The notes beneath the pieces were generated by a model that ran no database searches, was not told the origin of the DNA, and worked only from the letters and a program-made list of their open reading frames with translations. Below, piece by piece: positions 26,998 through 35,175 of a stretch of 43,940 nucleotides of DNA (positions are counted from its first letter, which is position 1; every line of letters begins with the position of its first letter). Both the position numbers and the translations under genes were made by a program. This stretch comes from Candidatus Micrarchaeota archaeon (GTDB lineage Archaea > Micrarchaeota > Micrarchaeia > Burarchaeales > JAKAKT01), in assembly GCA_964649265.1 (NCBI GenBank), contig CAZYPB010000003.1, positions 1 to 43,940 of the forward strand, in the 5' to 3' direction.

Positions 26998-27327
26998 TCA
27001 CCTTATTTTTGTTCCTGATGGAACATCCTTATCAACAGTAAGTAGCGAAACCTCTGATGCATCTGCTGCTAAAAGCATTCCCTGTGACTCCAGTCCCCTT
27101 ATCTTCTTTGGTTCTAGGTTTGTCAACACAACTATCTTCTTTCCCACCATCTCCTCAGCCTTGTACTGTGGTGCAAGTCCTGCAATAAGCTGCCTCTTCT
27201 CGCTCCCAACATCAACTGTTAGTTTTAGGAGTTTGTCTGCCCCTACAATTGGCTCTGCAGACTCCACAAGTCCTACAACCAGATCAAGTTTTGCAAAGTC
27301 ATCATATTGTATTGTCATGCAATCCAC
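26998..27327 (-). CDS. tRNA-binding domain protein (Trbp111/CsaA/MetRS-C-terminal-like)
   Basis: FAKLDLVVGLVESAEPIVGADKLLKLTVDVGSEKRQLIAGLAPQY...GKKIVVLTNLEPKKIRGLESQGMLLAA. Confidence 0.85.
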   Translation of the reverse strand: MDCMTIQYDDFAKLDLVVGLVESAEPIVGADKLLKLTVDVGSEKRQLIAGLAPQYKAEEMVGKKIVVLTNLEPKKIRGLESQGMLLAADASEVSLLTVDKDVPSGTKIR

Positions 27328-27337
27328 CTCACAAATA

Positions 27338-28000
27338 TCAATCTATGAATCCAAGTGCTTCATCTATTCTGTGGAACTCAAATCCTCCAGTCTGTTCACC
27401 AGAAACATAACCCTTTGAATTAGCTAGCATGCATATACCTACGAACGGAACGCCCATGTTCGCTGTCCCTATTCCTCCCTTCAACCCAAGAAGCTCCTCC
27501 ATTCTTTCGAGCTCTTCTCCTGCATTATTGTGTAAGAGAAATCCCTTGTTTGTTAGAACACACGCAGAACCAACTGTTTTGTAACTTGCAATAGGGGTTT
27601 GAATAACCTCAATCCCAAGGCATTCCTCAATTCCCTTTATCTGCTCTTTAGGCATCTCAGGGTTTGCCAAACCTATCTTATCGTTCACCACAAGGTTGTT
27701 TCCAATTGCCGTGAATCTTCCCTGAAGTAAGTATGTGTTAAGCCCGTTTTCCTCAGCTATTTTAACCTCTTCTTTGAAAACGAATTCCGGGAATACTGCT
27801 CCTTTTGAATTTGCAGCCATGAATAATCCTACTAAATCGGAGCCACTCACTGAAAAACGAGTTGTCTTATTCCCCAGAACTTCCCCGCATATTTTGGAAT
27901 GCTTTTCCTGGGGATTCCCTAAAAAAGTTATTTTATCCGTGGTGCAACCGAACGCACCTACAAATACATTTCCATAGTGGGCAGAACTACCTGAATGCAT
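27338..28000 (-). CDS. eif6: translation initiation factor 6 (aIF6)
   Basis: 220 aa with pentein-repeat-like segments (NVFVGAFGCTTDKITFL, GSDLVGLFMAANSKGAV, AIGNNLVVNDKIGLANP, GSACVLTNKGFLLH, VPFVGICMLANSKGYV). Confidence 0.9.
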   Translation of the reverse strand: MHSGSSAHYGNVFVGAFGCTTDKITFLGNPQEKHSKICGEVLGNKTTRFSVSGSDLVGLFMAANSKGAVFPEFVFKEEVKIAEENGLNTYLLQGRFTAIGNNLVVNDKIGLANPEMPKEQIKGIEECLGIEVIQTPIASYKTVGSACVLTNKGFLLHNNAGEELERMEELLGLKGGIGTANMGVPFVGICMLANSKGYVSGEQTGGFEFHRIDEALGFID

Positions 28001-28467
28001 TAGAAGCCCTCTTTCTTGTCTTGTTTAGGCGCAGCCTTCTTGTTGTTTTTCTTAGGGGATGCCTTTTTTTCTGCTGGTTTCTTTTTCTCCTCCTTTTTCA
28101 CTGGTTTCTCAGCAGGCTTATCCTCTTTCTTCTCTGCTGGTTTTGCTTTCTTTTTACTCTCCTGTTTCTTCTTTTTCTTTTCAGCTGCTTTTGCCTCTGC
28201 TTCCTTCTCTCCGACTAAATGGACATTGACCATGCCCTCCTTTGTTCTCTTTGCAGTGATCTTGATCTTTCTGGGAGGTTTCTTTATTCCTGAATACCAG
28301 ATCGCATGGTTTGTCGCAGAACTGAATTTAACAGATGACTCATCTACTTTCATGTGTCGTGAAACAAATGAACGCAATATCTTGATTGCTACTCTTGCTC
28401 TCTTTAACCTCGGTTTGTCATATGCCTTCCCAAGGGGTACCATATATACTCTTTCCAACTCTTCCAT
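28000..28467 (-). CDS. rpl31e: 50S ribosomal protein L31e with a Lys-rich C-terminal extension
   Basis: RVYMVPLGKAYDKPRLKRARVAIKILRSFVSRHMKV...NHAIWYSGIKKPPRKIKI core, followed by about 70 aa of K/E/A/P-rich tail. Confidence 0.9.
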   Translation of the reverse strand: MEELERVYMVPLGKAYDKPRLKRARVAIKILRSFVSRHMKVDESSVKFSSATNHAIWYSGIKKPPRKIKITAKRTKEGMVNVHLVGEKEAEAKAAEKKKKKQESKKKAKPAEKKEDKPAEKPVKKEEKKKPAEKKASPKKNNKKAAPKQDKKEGF

Positions 28468-28475
28468 TAACTCAC

Positions 28476-28640
28476 CTATTTGGTTTTCAGTTTAAGTTTT
28501 CTAGTTCTCCAATTCCTTCTGTTTGGGTTTGATTGGATGTTCCTATTAGTTTTCGCTATTACGAATACGGGAAGGCGCCTGTTCTTCTTGGCTTCACTTC
28601 CTAGGATCTTCTTCCTTTCTGATGATTTGGCTTTGCTCAT
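28476..28640 (-). CDS. rpl39e: 50S ribosomal protein L39e
   Basis: Not in the ORF track (54 aa). My translation: MSKAKSSERKKILGSEAKKNRRLPVFVIAKTNRNIQSNPNRRNWRTRKLKLKTK*. Matches the L39e pattern (...KKNRR.P.WVI.KTNR....P.RR.WRR.KLK). Confidence 0.85.
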   Translation of the reverse strand: MSKAKSSERKKILGSEAKKNRRLPVFVIAKTNRNIQSNPNRRNWRTRKLKLKTK

Positions 28641-28648
28641 TTAACCAC

Positions 28649-28948
28649 CTATTTCCTCTTGAATGAGATCGTTGTCTCTGGTTTATCCGGTGTTACCCTA
28701 ATTAACAGTTTCTTGAACTGCTGATCCGTTATCTTTCCATTCAACTGTTTGCTTTGGTAGAGTTGTGCGAGAAGAGAAACAATCTGCTGGTACATCTCAG
28801 GGTTCGAGAGGCGGATGTTCATTGCTCTTTCATATGCCTCTGAGTCTAGAATGTGCTTGAGCACTGTTTTCATCTGAGCCTCGAGCTGCTGTGCTTTCAT
28901 CATTCTCGAGTACTCTTCCTGCATCCTCCTTTTTCTCAACTCATCCAT
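28649..28948 (-). CDS. PDCD5/TFAR19-related DNA-binding protein
   Basis: MDELRKRRMQE...QLEAQMKTVLKHILDSEAYERAMNIRLSNPEMYQQIVSLLAQLYQSKQL.GKITDQQFKKLL. Start moved to the internal ATG at 28948 to avoid overlap with rps19e. Confidence 0.8.
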   Translation of the reverse strand: MDELRKRRMQEEYSRMMKAQQLEAQMKTVLKHILDSEAYERAMNIRLSNPEMYQQIVSLLAQLYQSKQLNGKITDQQFKKLLIRVTPDKPETTISFKRK

Positions 28949-28964
28949 TTCTTCGGACACACTC

Positions 28965-29378
28965 TCACCCTTTCGCTTCTTTTGCAGCTGAGTCCAGAAG
29001 TGCTCTTCCCTTTCCGGAAATGTTTCTTCCTGTCTTTCCTTTTTCAATATAACCTGCTTTCTCAAGCTGCTGCAGTGCCCTTCGGATTATCGCTCCGCCT
29101 GCATCTGCATGCCTCTCTGGCTTTGCCCCCCTGTTCTTCCTTCCTCCGTAGTGCGTCCTTAATCTTGCAACCCCGGTCTCTCCATGAACATACATGTTCC
29201 TCAAGAGAGAAGCGCATCGCACATACCAGAAATCCTTTCTATGAGGAGCCCTCTCCACATGGGTGCCTGTTTTTGAATAGGAAAGCCATTTTGGAGGAGT
29301 GATCTCATGCACGTCCTTGAGCTTATCCGCAGCCTTGTTTATGAGCGCGTTAGCAGGTACGTCGTAGACTGTTACCAA
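28965..29378 (-). CDS. rps19e: 30S ribosomal protein S19e
   Basis: VYDVPANALINKAADKLK...PPKWLSYSKTGTHVERAP...FWYVRCASLLRNMYVHGETGVARLRTHYGGRKNRGAKPERH..AGGAIIRRALQQLEKAGYIEK. Confidence 0.9.
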   Translation of the reverse strand: MVTVYDVPANALINKAADKLKDVHEITPPKWLSYSKTGTHVERAPHRKDFWYVRCASLLRNMYVHGETGVARLRTHYGGRKNRGAKPERHADAGGAIIRRALQQLEKAGYIEKGKTGRNISGKGRALLDSAAKEAKG

Positions 29379-29465
29379 AATCTCACCTCAATAAGATACT
29401 CTTCACGTTAATAATACGCGTAGAAACCCCTTAAAAGCATCCTACCTTTATCCATAAACACTATT

Positions 29466-29789
29466 TTAAGCTTTTCTATAAGGGAATCTCTTGACCTCCC
29501 CGCAAGAGCATGTATATTCCACACACTTGTGCCTTGAGTTAAGCTTTACTTTCAGATTGTAGCCTGAAATCAATGGGGAGCTGCATTTCTTACAATAGGA
29601 GACCTTGAGCTTCTTTGGGAACCGTACTAAATAGCGCATTCCTATTTTTTTTGCAAGCTGAATGTATCTCTTTGCGCGTTCCGGGTGTGTTTTTGCATTT
29701 TCCTGAGCATTCCTGAAGAGTACCTCTATCCTTTCCTTTGCAATCTGCTTAACAAGTTTTGGCTTTGATCTTCTGTCTCTTGAAGGCAT
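29466..29789 (-). CDS. rnp4: RNase P protein component 4 (Rpp21/Rnp4)
   Basis: IAKERIEVLFRNAQENAKTHPERAKRYIQLAKKIGMRY.V.FPKKLKVSYCKKCSSPLISG.N.KVKL......VEYTCSCGEVKRFPY zinc ribbon. Confidence 0.85.
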   Translation of the reverse strand: MPSRDRRSKPKLVKQIAKERIEVLFRNAQENAKTHPERAKRYIQLAKKIGMRYLVRFPKKLKVSYCKKCSSPLISGYNLKVKLNSRHKCVEYTCSCGEVKRFPYRKA

Positions 29790-29791
29790 GC

Positions 29792-30199
29792 TTATTCCTC
29801 TGGGATTATGGGAGCGATCCAGATATTTGCTTTCTCTGTTTTGAAAAGAGCAGGTGCCTTTCCCTTTTTACCCATAAGAATAGGATATTTCCAGCCGAAT
29901 GCACCAGTAACTGCGTTGAAGTGTCTTTTTGGGAATATGTTACGGGCATCCCCTATCGTTGCGCTCTGGAAAAGCAGGTCTTTTTTCTTAATTTCCACCA
30001 TCTTTGATTCATGGAAAAGATGCCTGTTCCTTGGAGTTATTGCTATTACATTATCCTTTGAGTAGACAATCCTTCTTAGGGAATTGAACGAGAAGGGTTG
30101 CCCTAATTTCACCTCTATTTTCTTTGCAGTTAACTCTAAATTCTCCCTCTCTTTTTTGGAAAGCTCGTCTCTCTTAAAAATCCAATCCAGTAATTTCAT
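29792..30199 (-). CDS. hypothetical protein
   Basis: Track ORF runs to 30250 but overlaps the 3' part of the tRNA gene. Start moved to ATG 30199 (MKLLDWIF...), just after the tRNA oligo-T tract. No family recognised. Confidence 0.55.
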   Translation of the reverse strand: MKLLDWIFKRDELSKKERENLELTAKKIEVKLGQPFSFNSLRRIVYSKDNVIAITPRNRHLFHESKMVEIKKKDLLFQSATIGDARNIFPKRHFNAVTGAFGWKYPILMGKKGKAPALFKTEKANIWIAPIIPEE

Positions 30200-30216
30200 A
30201 AGAACACCAAAAAAGA

Positions 30217-30358
30217 TGGGCCCGGGGCGATTCTCAGGACCCCCATTCAAAAGAAAAGGGATTTCGGTTTGAACGCCCGACCTACAGCTTGCCTAGATAC
30301 GTTGTGCTAGAACGTGTCGTATAAGACTGCCGCTCTAACCAGGCTGAGCTACGGGCCC
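30217..30358 (-). tRNA. tRNA-Ile (anticodon UAU) with two introns
   Basis: 142 nt, 75 nt after removing introns. GGGCCCG/CGGGCCC acceptor, A73, GCTC..GAGC D-stem, GCAGT/GCTGT anticodon stem, loop CT-TAT-A. Anticodon-loop intron about 30290-30319 with BHB (CTTA:TAGG central helix). T-loop intron about 30231-30267 between TTCAAA and T-CGCCC. TTTTTAATATTT about 30 nt upstream; T6 tract follows. No encoded CCA. Confidence 0.85.
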
Positions 30359-30443
30359 ACGTGGACTTAGTTAAGGAGATCAAATATTAAAAACCATTCG
30401 TTAGGAGATATGTTTATTATTCTTTTAACCTACTCTTTAGCTC

Positions 30444-31775
30444 ATGGACTTGGGAGCAGGCCTTAGAAAGGCATTGGCTAAGATTACTGGGGCAGCCCTT
30501 ATCGATGAGAAATCAGTTAAGGAGCTTATTAAGGAGCTTCAGAGGGTACTTATAGCTAATGATGTTGAGGTTAAACTTGTTTTCGAGCTCTCAAAGAGAA
30601 TTGAGAAGGAAGCGCTTGATAGGAAGCAACTCAAAGGTGTAAACACTAAGGAGCATGTTGTTAAGGTTGTCTATGATGAGCTAACGAAGCTTATGGGGGA
30701 GAAGCACGAACCAAAATTAGGGAAGCAGAGAATCCTTTTACTTGGGCTTTATGGTTCTGGGAAAACAACTTCTGTTGGGAAACTTGCTCATTTCTATAAG
30801 AAATCAGGTCTCTCTGTTGGAGTTGTTTGCTGCGATACTGACAGACCTGCCGCCTATGAACAATTAGAGCAGGTTGCGAAAGGAGCAAAAGCTGTTTTTT
30901 ATGGGCAGAAGGGAGAGAAGGATTCTGTAAAAATAGCAAAGGATGCAATGGGTAAAGCTGAGGAGGATGTTCTTATATTTGACTCTGCAGGTAGAAATGC
31001 TTTCAATAATGATTTGAAAGAGGAGCTAAAAGGAATCGATGCAGTTGTCAAACCAGATGAGCGTTTCCTTGTTGTTAGTGCGGATATTGGACAGGTTGCC
31101 GGGAGGCAGGCGAATGAATTCAACAGCGCTGTTCCTGTTACTGGGGTTATAATTACTAAGTTGGATGGAAGTGGAAAGGGAGGTGGTGCCCTTAGCTCTG
31201 TTGCAACAACTGGGTCGCAGGTCTCTTTCATTGGAATTGGGGAGAAACTAGGAGATTTTGAGGTATTTGATGCAAAGAAATATGTCGGAAGGCTTCTTGG
31301 ATTCCCTGATTTGGAGAGCCTTATTGAGAAAGTGAAGGAGATAAGTGAGCAGGAAGACATCAAACCAGACCAGATGATGGATGAGAAGTTCACAGTAAAA
31401 ACGTTCTATGAACAACTGAAAGCTGCAAAAAAACTGGGTCCACTTAAGAATGTTTTCGGAATGCTTGGCATGGTTGATATTCCTAAAGATCTGATGGAGC
31501 AGAGTGAGGAGAAGCTGAAGAACTACGAAGTGATAATTGCTTCAATGACAGAAGAGGAGAGGGAGAACGCTGATCTGATAAAGAAGAATAAGAGCAGACT
31601 TGAGAGAATTGCTAAAGGTTCTGGAACAAAGCCTGAGGATGTGAAGGAACTTCTTTCCCGCTTTGGACAGATGGAGAAAATGTTGAAGGCATTCAAGCAC
31701 AACAGAGGCTTCAGGAAGAAGATGGAGCAATTCATGAAAAAAGGAGGAGGAGCGAATCTCCCACCTCAGATGTGA
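30444..31775 (+). CDS. srp54: signal recognition particle protein SRP54
   Basis: GLYGSGKTTSVGKLA, DTDRPAAYEQL, DSAGRN, TKLDGSGKGGGALS, Met/Lys-rich M domain. Confidence 0.95.
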   Translation: MDLGAGLRKALAKITGAALIDEKSVKELIKELQRVLIANDVEVKLVFELSKRIEKEALDRKQLKGVNTKEHVVKVVYDELTKLMGEKHEPKLGKQRILLLGLYGSGKTTSVGKLAHFYKKSGLSVGVVCCDTDRPAAYEQLEQVAKGAKAVFYGQKGEKDSVKIAKDAMGKAEEDVLIFDSAGRNAFNNDLKEELKGIDAVVKPDERFLVVSADIGQVAGRQANEFNSAVPVTGVIITKLDGSGKGGGALSSVATTGSQVSFIGIGEKLGDFEVFDAKKYVGRLLGFPDLESLIEKVKEISEQEDIKPDQMMDEKFTVKTFYEQLKAAKKLGPLKNVFGMLGMVDIPKDLMEQSEEKLKNYEVIIASMTEEERENADLIKKNKSRLERIAKGSGTKPEDVKELLSRFGQMEKMLKAFKHNRGFRKKMEQFMKKGGGANLPPQM

Positions 31776-32828
31776 TTACCAGTAGTCACTTATGAAAGGA
31801 TGTCTAACATTAATTACATCCAGTTCTTTGCAAATTGCATCTGTTTTTAGAAACTCTGCCAGACTGGGTTTTGTTCTACCATTATCCCCTGAGATGAATT
31901 CCTTTACATAGGTTCCTGCTTCTGTGCTCATCTTAATCTCAAGCATATCTTCGGAGATTTTCTTGCATTCCAGATTAAGAATCTTTCTAACTCTTACAAG
32001 ATCTGCTCTTCTGTGGATGACTCGTTTGGGAGTTTTCTGGTATAGAGTCAGTTTTGTTGGAATTTCAGATAAATCCTTTTCAGAGAATGGAGCCGATGTT
32101 TGAACAAGCGCTCTGTAGGATTTCTCAAGTCTTGCTTTCTTAACTCTCTCTACAATTGAGCTATTCTCGTATTTCAGATTAAAAATCTCAACCTTTCCCT
32201 TTGCACTTTTGTTTACTTTTTTTCCAAGGAACCCCAAATTCAACTTTCTTCTCTTTGGAGAGATAAGCTCGAGAACGAATGGTCTTCCCTCTCCAAGCAT
32301 AAGAGCATCTATGTCCTCTCTCCCAGCTCCATGGAATTTGGAATCGGTTGCATCGAATTCCCTTAAGAATTGCTCTGAAAATACATCTTCAATTGAGAGG
32401 TGCTTTACCTTTGTTCCTCCGCATTTCTCACATCCGTTTTTGCAGTAACATGGCCATTTTGTCTGCGCTAACTCCCTTGAAAATTTTCTGTAATGCCCAT
32501 AGATGAACACTGAGGAACTTGAGATCTCAACCCTGTTGTTTGTGAAGTCAAACAGAATGTTTATGTCCGGCTCTTCCCGGGTGAATTTTTTTCCACTTTT
32601 CTCAGAGAACTTACTCACAAGCTCCCTATTTAGCTCTGTTTTAGTCGAAAGTGCATTTGAGAGCCCTTCTTTGTCCCACTTCTCTTCTTGCTCCAATTCT
32701 AGCACTCTTGGAATTGATGAGGAGATTGAAAACTTCGAGAATTCGAAACCCTCTGCTTCGCTCAGGGCTTTCTCTATTAATTCATCTAAATTAGCCAAGC
32801 CATATCTGGAAGTCAACTTTATCTCCAT
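31776..32828 (-). CDS. pus10: tRNA pseudouridine(54/55) synthase Pus10
   Basis: 350 aa. Cys cluster WPCYCKNGCEKCGG, catalytic region GAGREDIDALMLGEGRPFVLEL, C-terminal TYVKEFISGDNGRTKPS. The start overlaps the upstream gene by 38 nt and may lie further in. Confidence 0.85.
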   Translation of the reverse strand: MEIKLTSRYGLANLDELIEKALSEAEGFEFSKFSISSSIPRVLELEQEEKWDKEGLSNALSTKTELNRELVSKFSEKSGKKFTREEPDINILFDFTNNRVEISSSSVFIYGHYRKFSRELAQTKWPCYCKNGCEKCGGTKVKHLSIEDVFSEQFLREFDATDSKFHGAGREDIDALMLGEGRPFVLELISPKRRKLNLGFLGKKVNKSAKGKVEIFNLKYENSSIVERVKKARLEKSYRALVQTSAPFSEKDLSEIPTKLTLYQKTPKRVIHRRADLVRVRKILNLECKKISEDMLEIKMSTEAGTYVKEFISGDNGRTKPSLAEFLKTDAICKELDVINVRHPFISDYW

Positions 32829-33435
32829 CCTTGAGTCTCAGTTTCTTTCTAAGGTTATCCTTTGATATTATCTCCAGTATATCCAGCCCGTAGTGTGAGC
32901 GTGAGGGAAGAACAACGTATCCCTTCACTTTCTTATCTATTATGCATGGGAAGCATTTGAGTTCTCCGAGTATCCTGCCATTGTGTGAGAATCCCTCTAT
33001 AACAAGGCCTCTCCTGTCTGATAGTATGAGTTTTGCTTCAAGATCGTTTATTTTCACATTCAGAGTTCCAGGGTATGGAACAACCCCAAGTTTCTCGTTA
33101 AATTGCTTTTTGTACCTGGATATTCCCATATAATATTTTCCATCCCGCATGCCGGAGATTACTTCTCCTTTCAATCTCAGCTTCCTTTTCGCATCCAATG
33201 AACCCAAAAGCATCTCACTCAGGGATTTCAGTTCATCCATTGATTTATGAGTTAGCTTTATTCCAGATCTGTCGCGCTCTATGAATCCATCCTTCTCGAA
33301 GTTTATAAGCCAGCGCGATGCTGTCTGCTGGGAAACACCCATGGTCTTTGCTAGATCACTTGTTGATGCATTGATATGCTTCTCATGTGCCCCCATCTTA
33401 AGAAGAGTGAAGATGAGCTGGTAGTTTATTTCCAT
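32791..33435 (-). CDS. ribK: HTH-fused CTP-dependent riboflavin kinase (RbkR/RibK type)
   Basis: N-terminal wHTH (TSDLAKTMGVSQQTASRWLINFEKDGFIERD). C-terminal archaeal riboflavin kinase motifs GEVISGMRDGKYYM..YKKQFNEKLGVVPYPGTLNVKI and LEIISKDNLRKKLRLKDGDKV. Confidence 0.85.
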   Translation of the reverse strand: MEINYQLIFTLLKMGAHEKHINASTSDLAKTMGVSQQTASRWLINFEKDGFIERDRSGIKLTHKSMDELKSLSEMLLGSLDAKRKLRLKGEVISGMRDGKYYMGISRYKKQFNEKLGVVPYPGTLNVKINDLEAKLILSDRRGLVIEGFSHNGRILGELKCFPCIIDKKVKGYVVLPSRSHYGLDILEIISKDNLRKKLRLKDGDKVDFQIWLG

Positions 33436-33488
33436 ATATGGGTAATTACTTATGAAAGGAATTTAAATAATTGCACATATAGGTAAAG

Positions 33489-33551
33489 TGCCTGTGATGA
33501 TATGAACAACCGCTGAGATACTCACTGATGAGGCTGACAGAATCTGAGGCA
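33489..33551 (+). ncRNA. C/D box sRNA (2'-O-methylation guide)
   Basis: Terminal stem TGCC/GGCA. C box GTGATGA (33494-33500), 12-nt guide TATGAACAACCG, D' CTGA (33513-33516). C' TGATGA (33526-33531), 12-nt guide GGCTGACAGAAT, D CTGA (33544-33547). Fills the 117-nt intergenic gap. Confidence 0.8.
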
Positions 33552-33552
33552 T

Positions 33553-34251
33553 TTATCCTTCTTGGTTCTCAATCTTCGGTTTTCCAAAATCAGATATTGC
33601 ATCCCTAGCTCTTCCTAACAAGCCTCTGTCTTTCTCTGCTCTTCTTGCTCCTTCTTCATGCATTGCTCGTATGCGTTCTGACTCGCCTGATTGAAATATT
33701 ACGTCGCCACCCTCAGAAGAAGTGTTTCCCCTATCAAGTAGATATGAGACAGGATTTCCTTCCCCAAAAACTTTAGTCATTAATGCTGAGACTCTTCCTG
33801 TTTTCTTTCTTCCGCCTGTTTCCATTGCATCGTAGAATTTACTTTCAGAATCAGTTATAATACCTGATGAACTACCTTCATTTGAGACCATTGTGTCTGA
33901 GTGGGATTCTGCATGTTCTGGTTGGACATCACCACTTGCAACTGGTGTTGTCTTGTTTCTCCCAAGTTTAGAGGCCACCCATCTTCCCCTTTCCTTCCAT
34001 TTCTCTTTTTTCGCTTCTCTCTCAGCAGCAAGCACAGGGTCGTTTCTTTTCTCTATCTTTGCCTTTGCTAAATCTACTTTCGCCCGGATTTCATCGGCTG
34101 CTGCACTGGTTGTTGCAGCCTTTAGGTTGCGGATATCTGCCTCGCTACGCAAGTGGCCGGCCATAAACAATTTGAATCCACCGCCAGAATCGCCATTAGT
34201 AGTGGGTTCTCCCCTCTTATGCTTGGCCATATGTTCTTGGAAAAGACTCAA
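33553..34251 (-). CDS. hypothetical protein (charged, low complexity)
   Basis: 232-aa ORF. K/E/R/A/G/S-rich with a central helical EREAKKEKWKERGRW segment. Preferred over the overlapping plus-strand ORFs by composition. No family recognised. Confidence 0.45.
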   Translation of the reverse strand: MSLFQEHMAKHKRGEPTTNGDSGGGFKLFMAGHLRSEADIRNLKAATTSAAADEIRAKVDLAKAKIEKRNDPVLAAEREAKKEKWKERGRWVASKLGRNKTTPVASGDVQPEHAESHSDTMVSNEGSSSGIITDSESKFYDAMETGGRKKTGRVSALMTKVFGEGNPVSYLLDRGNTSSEGGDVIFQSGESERIRAMHEEGARRAEKDRGLLGRARDAISDFGKPKIENQEG

Positions 34252-34265
34252 GATATATCACCAGA

Positions 34266-34886
34266 TTATGCGAATGCTCTTGCGCGGTTTCCTGCTTTGA
34301 ATGATCTGTTCTGGGCTTTTGTATTTGGCTTCATTTTGTTTACTGCAGCCATGTGTGATCTCTTATCCTGCTTTCCTAAAGATGCAAATGTTGCAGAATC
34401 TGTATTCTTCTTTCCAGGTATTGTTGCATCCGGAAGAATCGAGGTTGAACCAAATCTGAATTTCTTGTCTTCTTTTTTGTCTGGCTGCTTGTCTTTCCCA
34501 CCTGAATCGCCCTCACTGAATGCATTTATCGCACCAACAACAACGCTCCCTAGTGCCTTTCCTGCACCGATGTATACAGTCATTACATCCTCGGCACCAG
34601 CAGTTACGCTGTTCTGGAAGTGTTCTGCAGCAGGGGTATCTGAAACAATAGCCCCCCCAATACTAAACCCGCCATTCTCATATGTCCCACTTTCAGTAGT
34701 AACCATTCTTACGGCTGTGTCTGCAGCAGTGCCCACAAGCCCCACAAAAATAAGTGAAACCGCTGCGTTTGCTGCCCAGTCAGTTACTCCATTAACTGGC
34801 TGCACAAATAGAGTCTTCGCCAGAAAACTCAGATGTCCTGTTACGTGTGCTTTAGTTGCACTTGCACCTGCTCCTATTACTCCCAT
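34266..34886 (-). CDS. hypothetical protein with Gly/Ala-rich hydrophobic N-terminal half
   Basis: 206-aa ORF. GGTGG-like motif just upstream of the ATG. G/A/V-rich segments (AVSLIFVGLVGTAADTA; IGAGKALGSVVVGAINA), then a Lys-rich tail. The antisense 283-aa ORF is S/P/F/L-rich and looks spurious. Confidence 0.45.
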   Translation of the reverse strand: MGVIGAGASATKAHVTGHLSFLAKTLFVQPVNGVTDWAANAAVSLIFVGLVGTAADTAVRMVTTESGTYENGGFSIGGAIVSDTPAAEHFQNSVTAGAEDVMTVYIGAGKALGSVVVGAINAFSEGDSGGKDKQPDKKEDKKFRFGSTSILPDATIPGKKNTDSATFASLGKQDKRSHMAAVNKMKPNTKAQNRSFKAGNRARAFA

Positions 34887-35175
34887 TCATACCACCCACA
34901 ATCTCCATTTTTTTCAAACATTATTTTTCTCTCATATGGCCCGTATCCTAATATTTTTTGAAACACAACGCGTTGCAGGAAACCTGAAAGCGCTTAGCCA
35001 ATAATAAAGAGAAAAATGGCCTGAGCTGACTTAAATGACAAACCAAATTTGTCACTTATTTCAAAGCTCATGAAGCAAATAATATAGCAAAAGTCATATA
35101 TAAGCTTAACTGTTTTAAGGAGAATCAACAGAATGACCAAAAAGGGACATAAACCTTTCTGAACCCAAAGGATTC

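Noticed and set aside
28016-28495. 159-aa plus-strand ORF (F/S/L-rich), and similar antisense ORFs 26167-26751, 20332-20829 and 1004-1483
   Set aside because: Each lies antisense to a confidently identified gene (L31e, FtsY/PfdA, the kinase, the giant protein) and has low-complexity antisense composition.
30361-30443. Searched near srp54 and ftsY, and in all larger intergenic gaps, for an SRP (7S) RNA
   Set aside because: No GNAR-tetraloop/AGCA helix-8 motif or Alu-domain-like sequence was found. The two GC-rich islands (8.8 kb, 18.7 kb) are too short and lack these motifs.
34153-35004. 283-aa plus-strand ORF covering the whole 34266-34886 region
   Set aside because: Its S/P/F/L/T-rich, Lys/Glu-poor composition is unlike the confident proteins of this window. 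It looks like the antisense shadow of a G/A/K/D-rich gene. Rejected on composition only, so the strand call remains uncertain.
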